Of a stretch of DNA of 64,000 nt, positions 30,481-44,473 are shown in pieces; the stretch's first letter is position 1; every line of letters starts with the position of its first letter. This stretch comes from Chrysomallon squamiferum (Eukaryota; Animalia; Mollusca), in the NCBI GenBank assembly GCA_012295275.1, contig CM022668.1, forward strand, positions 16,554,001-16,618,000, written 5' to 3'. A program made the position numbers and the translations under genes. The notes beneath the pieces were generated by a model. The model did not search any database. It was not told where the DNA came from and saw only the letters and a program-made list of their open reading frames with translations.

Positions 30481-31769
30481 TTACTTTCACATACTGGCCC
30501 ACTGACATTTCATTTCTTCGTAGAAACAATATTGATTAGAGAAACTGATCTGTTCCAAGATAAACAAACAACTGTCAGTTACATGGAAGATTTTCAAAAC
30601 TTCGACAACGATTCGCAGGGACGGTTCCATTGTTTCACGAAGGGGGGGGTCCATGACTCGGGTGAACTCAATTTAATTACAAACAAAACGAATCTATCAG
30701 CAAACAAAGCTGCGCGCATGTCACAAAGAAGAAACTGGATTAAATTATGAGAACTGATTGATAAATGTAAGTCTGTTACGTTGCTTTTTAATTAGCTTCG
30801 TTATGAAATGAATTTATAAAAATATACATTCTGTCATGGATTCTCCTTTTGATATAAGTTAATGGAAAGGATATTTAACATCTTCTGTCAAAATAACTGA
30901 TGTATATCATTTTCTGCCGAATCGTTATAGAAAAATAAAAATAAAACAAGAAAACAAAAAAAGTTACGTTATTACATTCTGTTGTAAACGTCTGTATTAA
31001 TATTTCTCTTCTTACTGGGGATTTTACCGAGTTTGAAATCTATGACAATATTTTTGATGCTGGCCAAAATATTATTAATTCACTTCTGAATTTTCACCTT
31101 CTTTATTCTTAGACTTAACAGCAGAATGCGTAAAGTTTTGTGATTTCTTTTTTAAAAATTAATTTTTTCTTTAAAATTTAAAACTTCAAAAAAGTGCTGT
31201 TTTAATATAATAAAAATAAAGTTGAAGATTAATAAAGAAGAAATCAATAATAAAATGGTAAAAAAAAAAGATACAGAAAACTAAATTGAAGAAAGGAAAA
31301 AATATCAGAGTAAAAATAGGGAGAAAAGAAAAACAAAGCTAATGTTTTCTTTCGTTCGTTGTAAATAAATGTGCATTTCTGTAACAAATGACACAGATGA
31401 GTTAGATAAAAACAGCGAACTAAGGTAATCAGATGAACGTCAAGGACGTTGCAGAGGACGCTGACGTTGCTCATCAATCTGCTTGTCTATTTGCAGACGT
31501 TGTGTCAACACAGAGCCTGGCAACACAAACACAGACAACGCCCTCGTCTCCAACACAACACATTTGTACAACTCGGTCAGCCCGCTGTCCTCAGACACAA
31601 ACCTCTTATGTCCGTGTTTGAGTGTCCAGCTGCATTCAAGATGTCCGGCTTAGAACACTGGTCTAACACAGGTGTGGTCATCTGCTTTGACGATTAGATT
31701 TTTTATCTACATTTATATAGCCTATGTGTACACCGAAGTGTTATATAACGTTAATATGCATATATACAC

Positions 31770-32062
31770 ACATACATACATACATACATACATACATACA
31801 TACTTACATACATACATACATACATACACGCACACACCCACACAGACACATACATACATAAATACATACATACATACATACATACATACATACATACATA
31901 CATACATACATACATAAATACATACATACATACATACATACATACATACATACATACATACATACATACATACATACATACATACATACATACATACATA
32001 CATACATACATACATACATACATACATACATACATACATTCATACATACATACATACATACA
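31770..32062. repeat. (TACA)n microsatellite
   Basis: Direct reading. Confidence 0.95.
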
Positions 32063-32337
32063 CACAATTGTTTCTGACTGATCTCTTAATATTTTATTCC
32101 CGATAAATATATTTGGCTTAACTAATGTCAAAAGAGACCTTTTTGCAAGTTGCTCATACAGAAATAAGTGCTAAGTAATTTCTAAAAAAAAATATGTACA
32201 CAATACAAAAGTAAATAAAGGATAATTATCTTTAAAAAAATATTTGTTTACTAATGAAAATATCCCCGCTCACTGAATGTTTCAAATATGGCATAACCTG
32301 AGTATTTATATAAACCAAATCTCAGAGACAGACAGAC

Positions 32338-32758
<421 letters not shown>

Positions 32759-33579
32759 AAACAAACATAATTTAAAACATGATAAGCGTTATCAGCAACA
32801 AAGACCCACTTTTTCTGTAATTAATAACAACGTGAAAAGATGTCCGTTCTGGAACTAATCCATACAGTAACATTATCTTTTCTCGCAGATCGATGGTGTG
32901 TTTTAATACCGTTGATGTGCGCGTGGTCCACTCCCTCGGAGCACACTTACTGATATTAGATATGCTGTTCTCTTCTGGGGCACGTTAATTGAAGCTGGGG
33001 CGTGCGTCGGACTTGAGCGAAAGATCGTTTTACCCTAAAAGGCGGTAGGCTGTTAGATCGATTCGCCTTCAGGGACTCATCGAACCAATATCCTATTCCA
33101 ATCAATATGTTATGAGTTGTATATCTAAAGTAGTGCAGCATTCCAGAATATTTCTTTTTCTATGTGTAAGATTTTGTTATTCAATCTTTTATCTTTTTCA
33201 TTTCTTATATAATCAAGGAGTAATTTAATCCTGGATTCTGATATTCTGATATTTACGTTTAATATAAATCAGTCTTGAAATAAAAACTAAAGTAAGAGTG
33301 TTAATATACTACTGACTATTTTGACGTGTTTTTTGGTTAAACTATGTAACAAAATGAACAAAAACATCATCTAAATTTAGTGCCTTAAAAATATATAAAT
33401 TATTGTTACATTACTGCGCACTGAAAAGCTACAACTAGTTTTGCCATTACTATCTGATTATCAGCTTTATCTGTAAAATTTGTTTCATGAAAATGCGTAA
33501 CTGTGACCATGGCACTTGTGAAAAAACTAAAATAATGAGAAAGCTGAAAAACGTGTTTACGATTTTTTTAATAACTGGG

Positions 33580-34320
33580 TCCAGGTGCTGCGTCTTTTCT
33601 CACCGCGTGCTTCAGTCGTTGTTTGAAATTTCATTCTAGTTACTGGACTTTTTTTAGTTCTCGGTTCATTGTCACGTCAGAAGTCACGTGACATCTCGTC
33701 TGGACAGGTTCCGGTGCTGTATGAAGGAAATTGATTTGGGGATGTAAAATTTGATTTTCTTTATTACCTCAAACAGTCAATTTTTCCTTTGAAAGGTGGC
33801 GTGAAACCGACGAGTGCCCATTAAATTAAATCGAAAGACAAGATTCATTGATCGAGGCGGGACGCGCACCGCATATTAAGTGCAGAGTAACTCGGAGCTC
33901 ACAAGTCGCGAATAAACTGAGATACGGAGCGCGAGTTCAGTCAATTTCAACGTCTGTCACGTGACTTCACCTGTCGGCTCATCGCTTGTCTCTATGGCAG
34001 CGTATTAAAGTTAGGACGGCAGTCTATAAATAAAGATGGCGAAGTCTGTTGGGCAAAGTGAAATTGGAACCAGAGACAATTGTCACAAATTGGAAAGTAA
34101 TCCGCAGTGAACTGACTTCGTGGAGGTTTCTGATCGAGTTCTAAGTAATTGGCCAGAAGCTTGCGAGTGGAGGTTTTTTCATTGGTTGCAAACAAATTAT
34201 CCACACACGTAAAGTGGATTCCAATTTACATCCACTTTGGTGAATGAGCACAGGTACTAAAAGCCTGAACAAAACTAGTCCAGCTTTTTTTGTTTTTCAG
34301 TATAACGAGCGATGAAGTAA
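33580..34320. promoter_or_regulatory. Promoter or enhancer-like island
   Basis: Two GTCACGTGAC palindromes (33683, 33956); X-box-like 33988-34001; TATAAATA at 34025 followed by YY1-like AAAGATGGCG; CpG-rich. Confidence 0.45.
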
Positions 34321-35056
34321 GTAAGATTCAATACAAAAAGAGATTAAAAATATATTATTGACACAGTTCTTTGTCGTACGGTAATGTGTGCTATTTTCAG
34401 TTGCATCAACGTCCCATTACTGGATGCCGTATCAACAATTAACCAGAGATTTTATATGTTGTTTATCTCGTTTTATTGCACCTGCAATATTTATAATGTT
34501 TAGCTGACCTTTACAGACCGTGCAATGATTTAAAACGACTGTTGAAACTGCAGACAGAAATTAAACAGAACAATGTCAGCAAAAGTCGATTGAAAGGCAA
34601 GGAAAAGAACGTGTTGCATTGAGAAGTCCTAGTTAATAATTTACATTCTACAAACATAATACAGTCACAGTGTTTACACTGGGAATAAACAACAAGATTA
34701 ATCTCTGGACTCGTCAGTGGAGAAACAGTCTTCTATAAACAAACTCAACCTCTGTTAGTGTGCAGAAATAAACTTCAGTTACTAGGCGTTTAGAAGTGTG
34801 TGCGAGTGTACGTGAGAGAGGGAGAACACCTTTTTTAAATTCTTTTTTCTTTTCTTTCTTTGTGAATTTATAGTATTGTGTGTGCGTACTTAGAATATAT
34901 TCAGTTAAAACAAAAAAATAAGCAATACAAGTTTCTACATTAATTAATACTTGTTGACTGGCGCAGCAAGTTATATGTCTATTTTTCATTATGCAGAACT
35001 AAAAAGTAAATATTAACAATTAGTTCAGTTATTTCAGTCTTTCCTCTGGCCTCCCT

Positions 35057-35115
<59 letters not shown>

Positions 35116-35984
35116 TCTCACACACACACACACACTCATCCACAAATAGACACACATAATATATAGATACATATCTATGAGGAATATGTTGTTATTATTG
35201 AAGGAAAAGAATAATACTCGCTAGTCAAGGTCTATTTTTACTTTTCCAGCTGACAGCGTAACAGCACGCTACATTTCATGCGCTCCTTTCCACAAACAAC
35301 GCAGCACGTACCGCCTTTGATGATCTTGTAAGAAACACATTAAAAGAGAAATTTTCTCACGTGATCGCAAAGCCCTGGATCGCCAGCTTTGCTTTGTAAC
35401 GCAGAAGAAACGTAAACAAAGAAACGAGCGCGACATTTCGGTTCGCGTCTTGTACGGCTCCCGTAATAATACACGACTGAGCTAAATAGGGAAAACGAAG
35501 AGTCTAATTAAATATACATTAGCAGGTAATCATTTTCACCATGCATTGTCGGGTTTTATATCACATACGAAAACATAGCTGATTAGACATATGTCTTGGG
35601 TTATATTTGTGATTTCAATCAATATGTACATTTCTCCGCCACTGTCTGGCTCTGTCTAAATATATTATTTTGTCACGGTATCGGCTGATTAAGCATCTGT
35701 GTTGAATGGGTCCTGTAGAGTTTTCTATACATACGTGACAATTTCTAACTGATCGAATCGAATAAGCAATGTCAGATAGCTAAGGCTTTTCTCAAACCAA
35801 TAATTGCATTCTCGCTTTCCTCAATCAAAATGGGGATATATGAAATAACGGAATTATTACAGGAGCCGTATATTACTCCAAAGGTCACGTGACCTTACAC
35901 CATCAGCGAAATGAACAGAATAATACTGGATGGTGTTGACTGTCAGAGTCCTTGTTAGTTATACATAGACAGTTAGCAAATACA

Positions 35985-36370
35985 ATACGTTTTACTGCAG
36001 TTAATATATACAATATATTTTACTAAAGTTACTTTAAACAATATTTTGTTTTACTGTAGTTATGCAATATATTTTACTTCAGTCATTTTTGCTATAGTTA
36101 AATTACAGTCATTTTTGGTATAGTTACTTTAAACTCATTTTTACTACAGTTACTGTAGGGTCAGTTTTACTATAGTTACCATATAGTCATTTTTACTTAG
36201 TTATTTTATAGTCATTTAACTAAAGTTAAAAAATAGTCATTCTTACTTTAGTTACAATATAGTCATTTTTACTATAATTGCTATAAAGTCATTTTTACTA
36301 TAGTTACTATATGGTCATTTTTCCTATAGTTACTATGTAGTCATTCTTGCTGTATTACTGTACAGTCACT
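35985..36370. repeat. Degenerate ~25-bp tandem repeat
   Basis: Recurring TAGTCATTTTTACTATAGTTACTA. Confidence 0.7.
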
Positions 36371-36843
36371 TTTACGACGCACGCTACAATCAGGTTAACG
36401 ACTGAAATGTACTTTCTCTTTCATCTTCATCACAGATGTACGCGTAGACATCCGATCTGCTTGAAAACACAGAACATGTTTGTATCGATCACTGCCACGA
36501 CAACAAGTCAGGGTGTGTGTTGTACAGTGCTGCATTGTTCTTCACTACAGCAGCTCCACAATAAGAGCGCGTGTTTCTCATTAACGTGGGATACTCAATA
36601 TATCAAGCACAACACTGTATCGACTGAGCAATTCTCACCCAAGTACTGTCAAACACAATTTTATTAAAAAAAACAATCAGATATAATTGATGACCATCTG
36701 CGTGTTGGTAAACTTATTTTGAAATAATGAATGTGTGGACTGCAGACCAGAGCAGAACCGTCAAACTTCACTTGAGATCGATAAAAGAAGTTTAAAAAAT
36801 ATGTTTTATAACTTTCTAAAAATAGTTTTGTGTTCCCTTAGAA

Positions 36844-36884
<41 letters not shown>

Positions 36885-37968
36885 TATACACATATACACA
36901 AACCCACACAGACATACATATATATCTAAAACTGATAATGATACATAGGTACGTACTTATAGGAACATACACACATATACCAGCATAAACATACATATAA
37001 GTTCGTTCTTACATAAGTATACACATACAGACCTATATACCTACATATATATATATATATACGTACATACATACATACATACACACACATATACATACAT
37101 ACATACATATATATACACACACACACACACACACATACATACATAAATACATACATACATACGTATACATACCTAGATACACATACATGAAGACACATAT
37201 TAAAAGTCATTGTTTTAAGTCTGACTGGTAGAACAGAACCCTGTGTAAGCCATCCAGTGTACTAAATACTTACTTGACAGCTACGTACTTATCTTTTCTA
37301 CAAATAGCAGCAATCCTTCATAATCGTTCTTTAACCGCAGACAAAACAAACGTCTTATCTCAGTGAGAGACTACGTCATCATGCTATTTGTCAGTGTTTT
37401 ATAGAAGTTAGAAAAACCTGACTGTTCCGTATGGAAATCTCTCCACATAGAACAATTGCTAATAACGTAAAATAACTACAGCTTGGATCATCATAACTAA
37501 CGTGCTAAACATAGCCTTTCCTCGCTATTAAAATAATTTAAAACTAAATTAATTATGGCATCCGCAAGATTTCAAATTTACAGTAGGAATAGACCAAGAT
37601 CAGTTACTGTAAAAACCTTATTTTCTAGCAAAACTTTGGACAGATATGTTATTTTTCAGTTTCTAATTAGCTTAGAGTTTCGCAATATATGAAACACAGC
37701 TCGTTTTTTAAATTTGTTTTTCATGCTAAAATAACAATATAAATGAAAACAAAAGTATCTAACCTCACATAATTCAGATTATCACAAATGATCCTATTCA
37801 TGTATCCAGTGCTGCTGGACAAATTCCCGTTCCAGCGAGTTACCAACCAACCTCTGATTTATTTAAGATGTTGGTACGTGCTGTCCAGTCTGTTGAAACA
37901 CACAAAACCTTAGCTGCTCATCCTCGTGACTATCCTTGAAATGCAGCGGAGAGTTTCATTTCTCAAAT

Positions 37969-38109
<141 letters not shown>

Positions 38110-38426
38110 CTGTAGAAAACTGTAGGTAGGTAAAGTTTGGTGTTTATAACGAGGTACACTTGTACAAAGTAAAATTGTAAATGATTAATAACATGTCAGA
38201 ATAACGTCTGGCAACTGAAGTTCTGTGCACGTTTTCAAACACGTGACTGAACAGCCAGACATGTACTTACTTCATCTGTCAGTTTGTTTACCTGTGTGTT
38301 ATGACGACAGACAGACAGACAGAAATAGCCAAACACGTTAGATTAAGTACGTACATACATATACACAGTGTATGTAGATGAATATATGTGTATGTGTGTC
38401 TATAGCTATATCTATCTATCTCTCTA

Positions 38427-38501
<75 letters not shown>

Positions 38502-39149
38502 TTATCTATATATATATAGGGAGAGAGGAAAACAGTGAGAGAGAGAGAGACGTATACACATTCATATATGAGTACGTATTCATTCAAAGAAAAAGTAACA
38601 TAAACTGAAAGTGAAGTAATGTCACTAAGAACTGTCACGTTTGTCTGTTTAGTATGTGCGTGTGTAGAAATGTGTACATTATCTGTTTTACTTGAGATCT
38701 TTTTACCATTTACAACTTTGAGTTTCTTTACCATTTATAACTTTGAGTTTCTTTTGTTCTTTCGCACTGAGGTACGCAAATTGCCAAGTGAAAGGCAACA
38801 AGTTTATTTTATTAACGTGTGCAGTATATCTCGTGTTCTCTCTTTAACAAATAGCCCGTGTTTATATCATCAAGAAAATATAACGTTTTAAAATCGATGA
38901 ATGATTAGTTTAAATGATTAGTCTGAATGATTAATTAAAATGATTAATTTAAACACATTTGAAACTTGCTGACGGTTAGTAGGAGTAGATTTTTTTTATT
39001 TTATTTTTGTACTATGGTGGTATGTGACAGCAGACGTTTTAGCATCATTTTGAATGAGTCATTCTCACACAGATTAATGAAATAAAGCTTTTATTCACTA
39101 CCCTCTATACATTTCACTATTCATCATTGTATAATGGTTAGGACAGATA

Positions 39150-39300
39150 AGAATCTAGTTAACTGCATTATGTCGGCTATGTTTATCGACTAGCAGGAAA
39201 GGATCTATTATAACCACCTTCCCATAGACACGAGAAACACTTAAAATGGATTTTAGATGTATTTGTTACGGGCACTGAGTGAAACGGGAAACCACGATAA
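39150..39300 (+). mobile_element. Degraded SINE-like interspersed repeat fragment
   Basis: TAGCAGGAAAGGATCTATTATAACCACCTTCCCATAGACA resembles a gastropod repeat core I recall as TAGCAGCAAGGGATCTTTTATATGCACC..CCCACAGACAG; weaker similar fragments at ~37300, ~52670 and ~54830. Confidence 0.3.
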
Positions 39301-40121
39301 TTCAAGAGATAAATGTTTTATGGAGCTGTCTCACTACTTGACAAAGTTACAATGACATACGTGGTTGCACGCCATCGTTTCTGTGTTAAAATTACTTAAC
39401 GTGTGTGCGCCAGACTGAATTACACGCTGTGTATTTTGTAACGCATAGGTCGCCTAGTGTATTGTTTTAATCGTTACAGCGATACAGATATTGACTCACT
39501 CTTATAAAGTGTCTTGGTCGGTAATATTGAACAAGCATTGTTTTAAACTGCAATTTTTTCTTTTGCTTCAGAAAAAAAAAAAAAAAAAAAAATAAAAATA
39601 AAAGAGGAAAAAAAGAGAAGAAGAGAATTGCTGTCCGCAATTAGCTTCAATCGATAGATGATGCAGAATACAAATTGGTCTATTAGTCTGAGAAAGTGTG
39701 AATCTTGTTACTGCCACGAAATCTCTGGCTCAGTGGAGATAACAGTACGAATAAAACAAAAGATTTGCGAAGTCCACTCAATAAAACATGAAGACAGCGT
39801 CTTTCTTAATAAGTCTGCAGTTTCAGGACAATTTCGTTGCGGCTGACAATAAATATTTCATTTAATAATGTAAACCTTAATACTATAACATCACTGAACG
39901 TTTTACTTATACGTGGCACTGTGTAATTGTCACAATGGTCAACATAATAGCGACCATCGTTGTGACTGTCTTATAACCTATGTTCATGAATAACTCATCT
40001 TGTTGTTGTTGATGATGATGATGATGATGATGATAACGATAATGATGAGTTCTTTCAATATACTTAAATATTGTGTATAGTTAAAATCCCCTTTTCTTCA
40101 TCTATTCTACTATATAATTTT

Positions 40122-40167
<46 letters not shown>

Positions 40168-41564
40168 ATAGATAATCGTTGTAATAACAACGCTTACAAC
40201 CCTTACAATTGATCTATTTGTTGTTACCAATTAATCGTCCTCTCTCTTATTTCGATAAAGGCAGCCAAAAATAGACCAAATTGAAAAGATTAAAATAAAG
40301 TAAATAACGAGAAAATGAAAAGAAAATCAAACACAAAACATGAACAGACTAAAATAAAACTGAATAACTCAAGAATAAAGATAATTAAACATATTATATT
40401 TTTAAAAAGAAAATAATAATAATAATAATAATAAAAGTATTAGTATAGTTGTTGTTGTTGTTGTTACTACTACTACTAATATTGCTACTGCAGCTACTAC
40501 TACTACTATTATAAATATTATTATTATTATTATTATATACATTTATGAGCAATTGAATCGATATTAGATAATTCACTTTTCTGAACAGTGCTGTAACAAA
40601 CTTATCTATTTGTGTGTGTGTTATTCTTTCACCAATGGAATTTTTATTTTTATATTTATTTTTTATTATTTTTTTTTTTTAAGAGGAACAAAAATACTGT
40701 AAGGCTACTGAAGACAGACAAGACTGCTGTTTGGACCAGTCTGTGAAAACAACGTAGTAAAAACAACATCTGTTTATCCGGGCCGGAGTCTGGTAATTAC
40801 ACAAAACTTACAGCTATTTTACACACACACTCAGTAACTGTGCTAACTCTTGAAAAACTAAAATATTTTCCTATGACAAATTAGCATCTCGTTACTAAAA
40901 AAAAAACCTAATTAATTATTGAAAAGACAGTAACAACAATAATCAGTTTGATATATAATTATAAGTAACTTAGTCAATGAATAGTCATAAATAAATAAAT
41001 AACAGTAATAAGTTAACTAATAAATAAAAGTAAAAATTTAACAAACAAAGGAATAATGAACTTATGGTTAATTGTATGTATGTATGTATGTATGTTTGTA
41101 TGTATGTATGTATGTATGTATGTATGTATTTATGTATATATGTATGTATGTATGTATGTATGTTTGTATGTATGTGTATATATGTGTGTATATATGTATA
41201 TCTGTCTGTCTGTATGTATGTATATATGAATGTATGACTGTGTATGTATGTATGTATATGTGTGTGTATATATGTATGTATATATCTGTCTGTCTCTCTG
41301 TCTCTCTCTGTCTATTTGTCTATTTATCTATCTATCTACTATGTTTATGGAGTGATTTTTGTATATTTCTTGATACAAATGTTTCAGATTTTTCCCCCGT
41401 TATAGAAATCTTCACGTGTTGATGTGAAATGTGAGGTGTAAGAAACAAAAGAAAAGTCTGTAACAATTATAATTAATTTTTCATTAGCACTAATTAGAAA
41501 CATAGTCAGTCCATGTGTCTGAATACCACTACCGACTGAGTTATTACTGTCGTTGTGGTGTCTT

Positions 41565-41844
41565 CATCATCAACTTCATCATCATCATCATCAACTTCAT
41601 CATCAAATCAGTATTTATTTATTTATTATTATTATTATTATTATCATCATCACCAAGATCATCATCATCATAATCATCATTATTATTGCTATAGTTGTTG
41701 TTATTGAGATTGCTAATTTTTTTTAATTATTATTTATTGTTACTGTTTTTGCTGTTGCTCTTACAATTGCTAATACAGTTATTTCTACTACCATTATTAT
41801 TATCATTATTATTATCATTATCATCATCATCATTAATATTATTA

Positions 41845-41911
<67 letters not shown>

Positions 41912-41933
41912 CATCATCATCATCATCATCATC

Positions 41934-41974
<41 letters not shown>

Positions 41975-42010
41975 CATCATCATTATTATTATTATTATTG
42001 TTGTTGTTAG
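41565..42010. repeat. (TTA/TCA)n trinucleotide mosaic
   Basis: Direct reading. Confidence 0.9.
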
Positions 42011-42308
42011 TGTTGGAGTTCTTGTTGTCGTTATTGAAGTTGTTGAAATTACAATTACCGCCATTAATATTGATGTTATTATCGCCATTTATGTCTTTAT
42101 TACTTTATTACTTTATTTATTTATTTATTATTGTTGTTGTTGTTGTTACTGAAGTTGTTGAAATTGTTAATATTGTTTTGTGAAGTATTTATTAATTTCC
42201 TTTTATTAATATTGTTGTTGTTTTTAGTATTTAATTCTTAACACAATTACCGCCATTAATATTGATGTTATTATCATAATTATTATCGCCATTTATGTCT
42301 CTATTACT

Positions 42309-42339
<31 letters not shown>

Positions 42340-42604
42340 TTATTGTTGTTCTTGTCGTTGTTGTTGCTGTTGTTGTTGTTATTGTTTTATTTTTTTTTCG
42401 TTGTGGCATTTGAGCCTGTTTCATTTCTTTTTTTTTTTTTTTTTGTCTTTTGATTTGACTATTATTATTATTATCTTATATTCTTTTAACTGTGAACATT
42501 ATCATCATTACTGACGACTGTTTCATCTTTTTCATTATCTCACCCGGCAGGATGTGCAGAGACAGAGATCAAAGTGTATAATGACAATAATAAAGAAACC
42601 GGGT

Positions 42605-43340
42605 CAGTTTAACTGTTCCCGTGATGGTGTTTAATGCAGGTAAGTTAACACAGTTTAACTGTTCCCGTGATGGTGTTTAATGCAGGTAAGTTAACACAGT
42701 TTAACTGTTCCCGTGATGGTGTTTAATGCAGGTAAGTTAACACAGTTTAACTGTTCCCGTGATGGTGTTTAATGCAGGTAAGTTAACACAGTTTAACTGT
42801 TCCCGTGATGGTGTTTAATGCAGGTAAGTTAACACAGTTTAACTGTTCCCGTGATGGTGTTTAATGCAGGTAAGTTAACACAGTTTAACTGTTCCCGTGA
42901 TGGTGTTTAATGCAGGTAAGTTAACACAGTTTAACTGTTCCCGTGATGGTGTTTAATGCAGGTAAGTTAACACAGTTTAACTGTTCCCGTGATGGTGTTT
43001 AATGCAGGTAAGTTAACACAGTTTAACTGTTCCCGTGATGGTGTTTAATGCAGGTAAGTTAACACAGTTTAACTGTTCCCGTGATGGTGTTTAATGCAGG
43101 TAAGTTAACACAGTTTAACTGTTCCCGTGATGGTGTTTAATGCAGGTAAGTTAACACAGTTTAACTGTTCCCGTGATGGTGTTTAATGCAGGTAAGTTAA
43201 CACAGTTTAACTGTTCCCGTGATGGTGTTTAATGCAGGTAAGTTAACACAGTTTAACTGTTCCCGTGATGGTGTTTAATGCAGGTAAGTTAACACAGTTT
43301 AACTGTTCCCGTGATGGTGTTTAATGCAGGTAAGTTAACA
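42605..43340. repeat. Perfect tandem minisatellite, 16 x 46 bp
   Basis: Unit CAGTTTAACTGTTCCCGTGATGGTGTTTAATGCAGGTAAGTTAACA repeated head-to-tail; 736 bp = 16 x 46; no spacers. Confidence 0.97.
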
Positions 43341-44091
43341 GTAAACACCGCTAACACGTGGTACGTGATTCACCACATGAAACCAGAACAACCTTCCACC
43401 TGCACGAACAGACGGGCTACTGGATGGACACACGGATACCGGGTACGAGATGAAGTTTTGTATAAAAGTATGGACAGGATGATTGGTTGTATTACGCATG
43501 TTAGTTAGTTTGAAAACTAATATTTGTATGTTTCTTCATTGTGTATATGTAAACAGATGTGGGTCTGCATGTAGGTAGGGAGGGAGGTTCGTCAAGGGTG
43601 GGTAGGTAAGTAACTAAGTATGTATGTATGTACGTATGTATGTATGTATGAATGTATGTATGTGTGTATGCGTTTATGTGTACGTATGCGTTTATGTGTC
43701 TATGTATGTAAGTATGCATGTAGGTATGTACTGTGTGCTATATGTACATATAATATAGTATGTATGAGTATGTGTGTGTGTGTGTGTATTTATACATGGG
43801 TGTGTTTCTGTATGTGTGTACATATGCAGTCTAACGGTTAAAACAGGGTATATATTATAAAAGTTTTAATTAGTAATTTATGTATATTGTTGTGTGTAAT
43901 GTGATGACAGTCATTCACTCAGACGTTTAGTTAATTACTCAGCGAAGAAATAATTCACGTGATCTGTTTATTTCCTATAATCTACAAGAATCATGTGACC
44001 TTTGACCTTACTTTGTGCAGCTGGTTTAAGTAACTAACCTTTTTCTTAAATATAGTGTAACTGCAGCAGGTAGTGATGTTATAGCGGTACA

Positions 44092-44299
<208 letters not shown>

Positions 44300-44378
44300 C
44301 AGAGATTTAGTGCTGTAGGTAAACACATGTAACATTCTAAAACTGATATCTGAGAGACACTGACAAAAACTATCTTAC

Positions 44379-44473
44379 CATAAACTTCCAAAATGGCTGC
44401 CGTGACTATGACTATGTGTGTGCCCATGTGCGGTTGCAGTAGCGTGACGTAGACGATGTCGCTCCCGTGCCAT
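44379..44473 (-). CDS. Candidate first coding exon (MARERHRLRHATATAHGHTHSHSHGSHFGSL + 2 nt, phase 2)
   Basis: AGC-ATG-G context with in-frame upstream TAG; His-rich protein-like reading; ends at TG|GTAAGA; preceded by ~1 kb of CpG-rich UTR-like sequence and followed by a (CA)n tract typical of introns. Confidence 0.5.

Noticed and set aside
34211-34238. AAAGTGGAT...ATCCACTTT hairpin as an intrinsic terminator
   Set aside because: Short 9-bp stem, eukaryotic context and no upstream gene.
38265-38275. Minus-strand ATG-AA|GTAAGT (and ATG-AC|GTAAGT at 52948-52958) as further phase-2 first exons
   Set aside because: Only 5 nt and no promoter-like context. They show that such matches can arise by chance.
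42605-43340. CRISPR array
   Set aside because: Units are identical and contiguous with no unique spacers; no cas genes; eukaryotic context.
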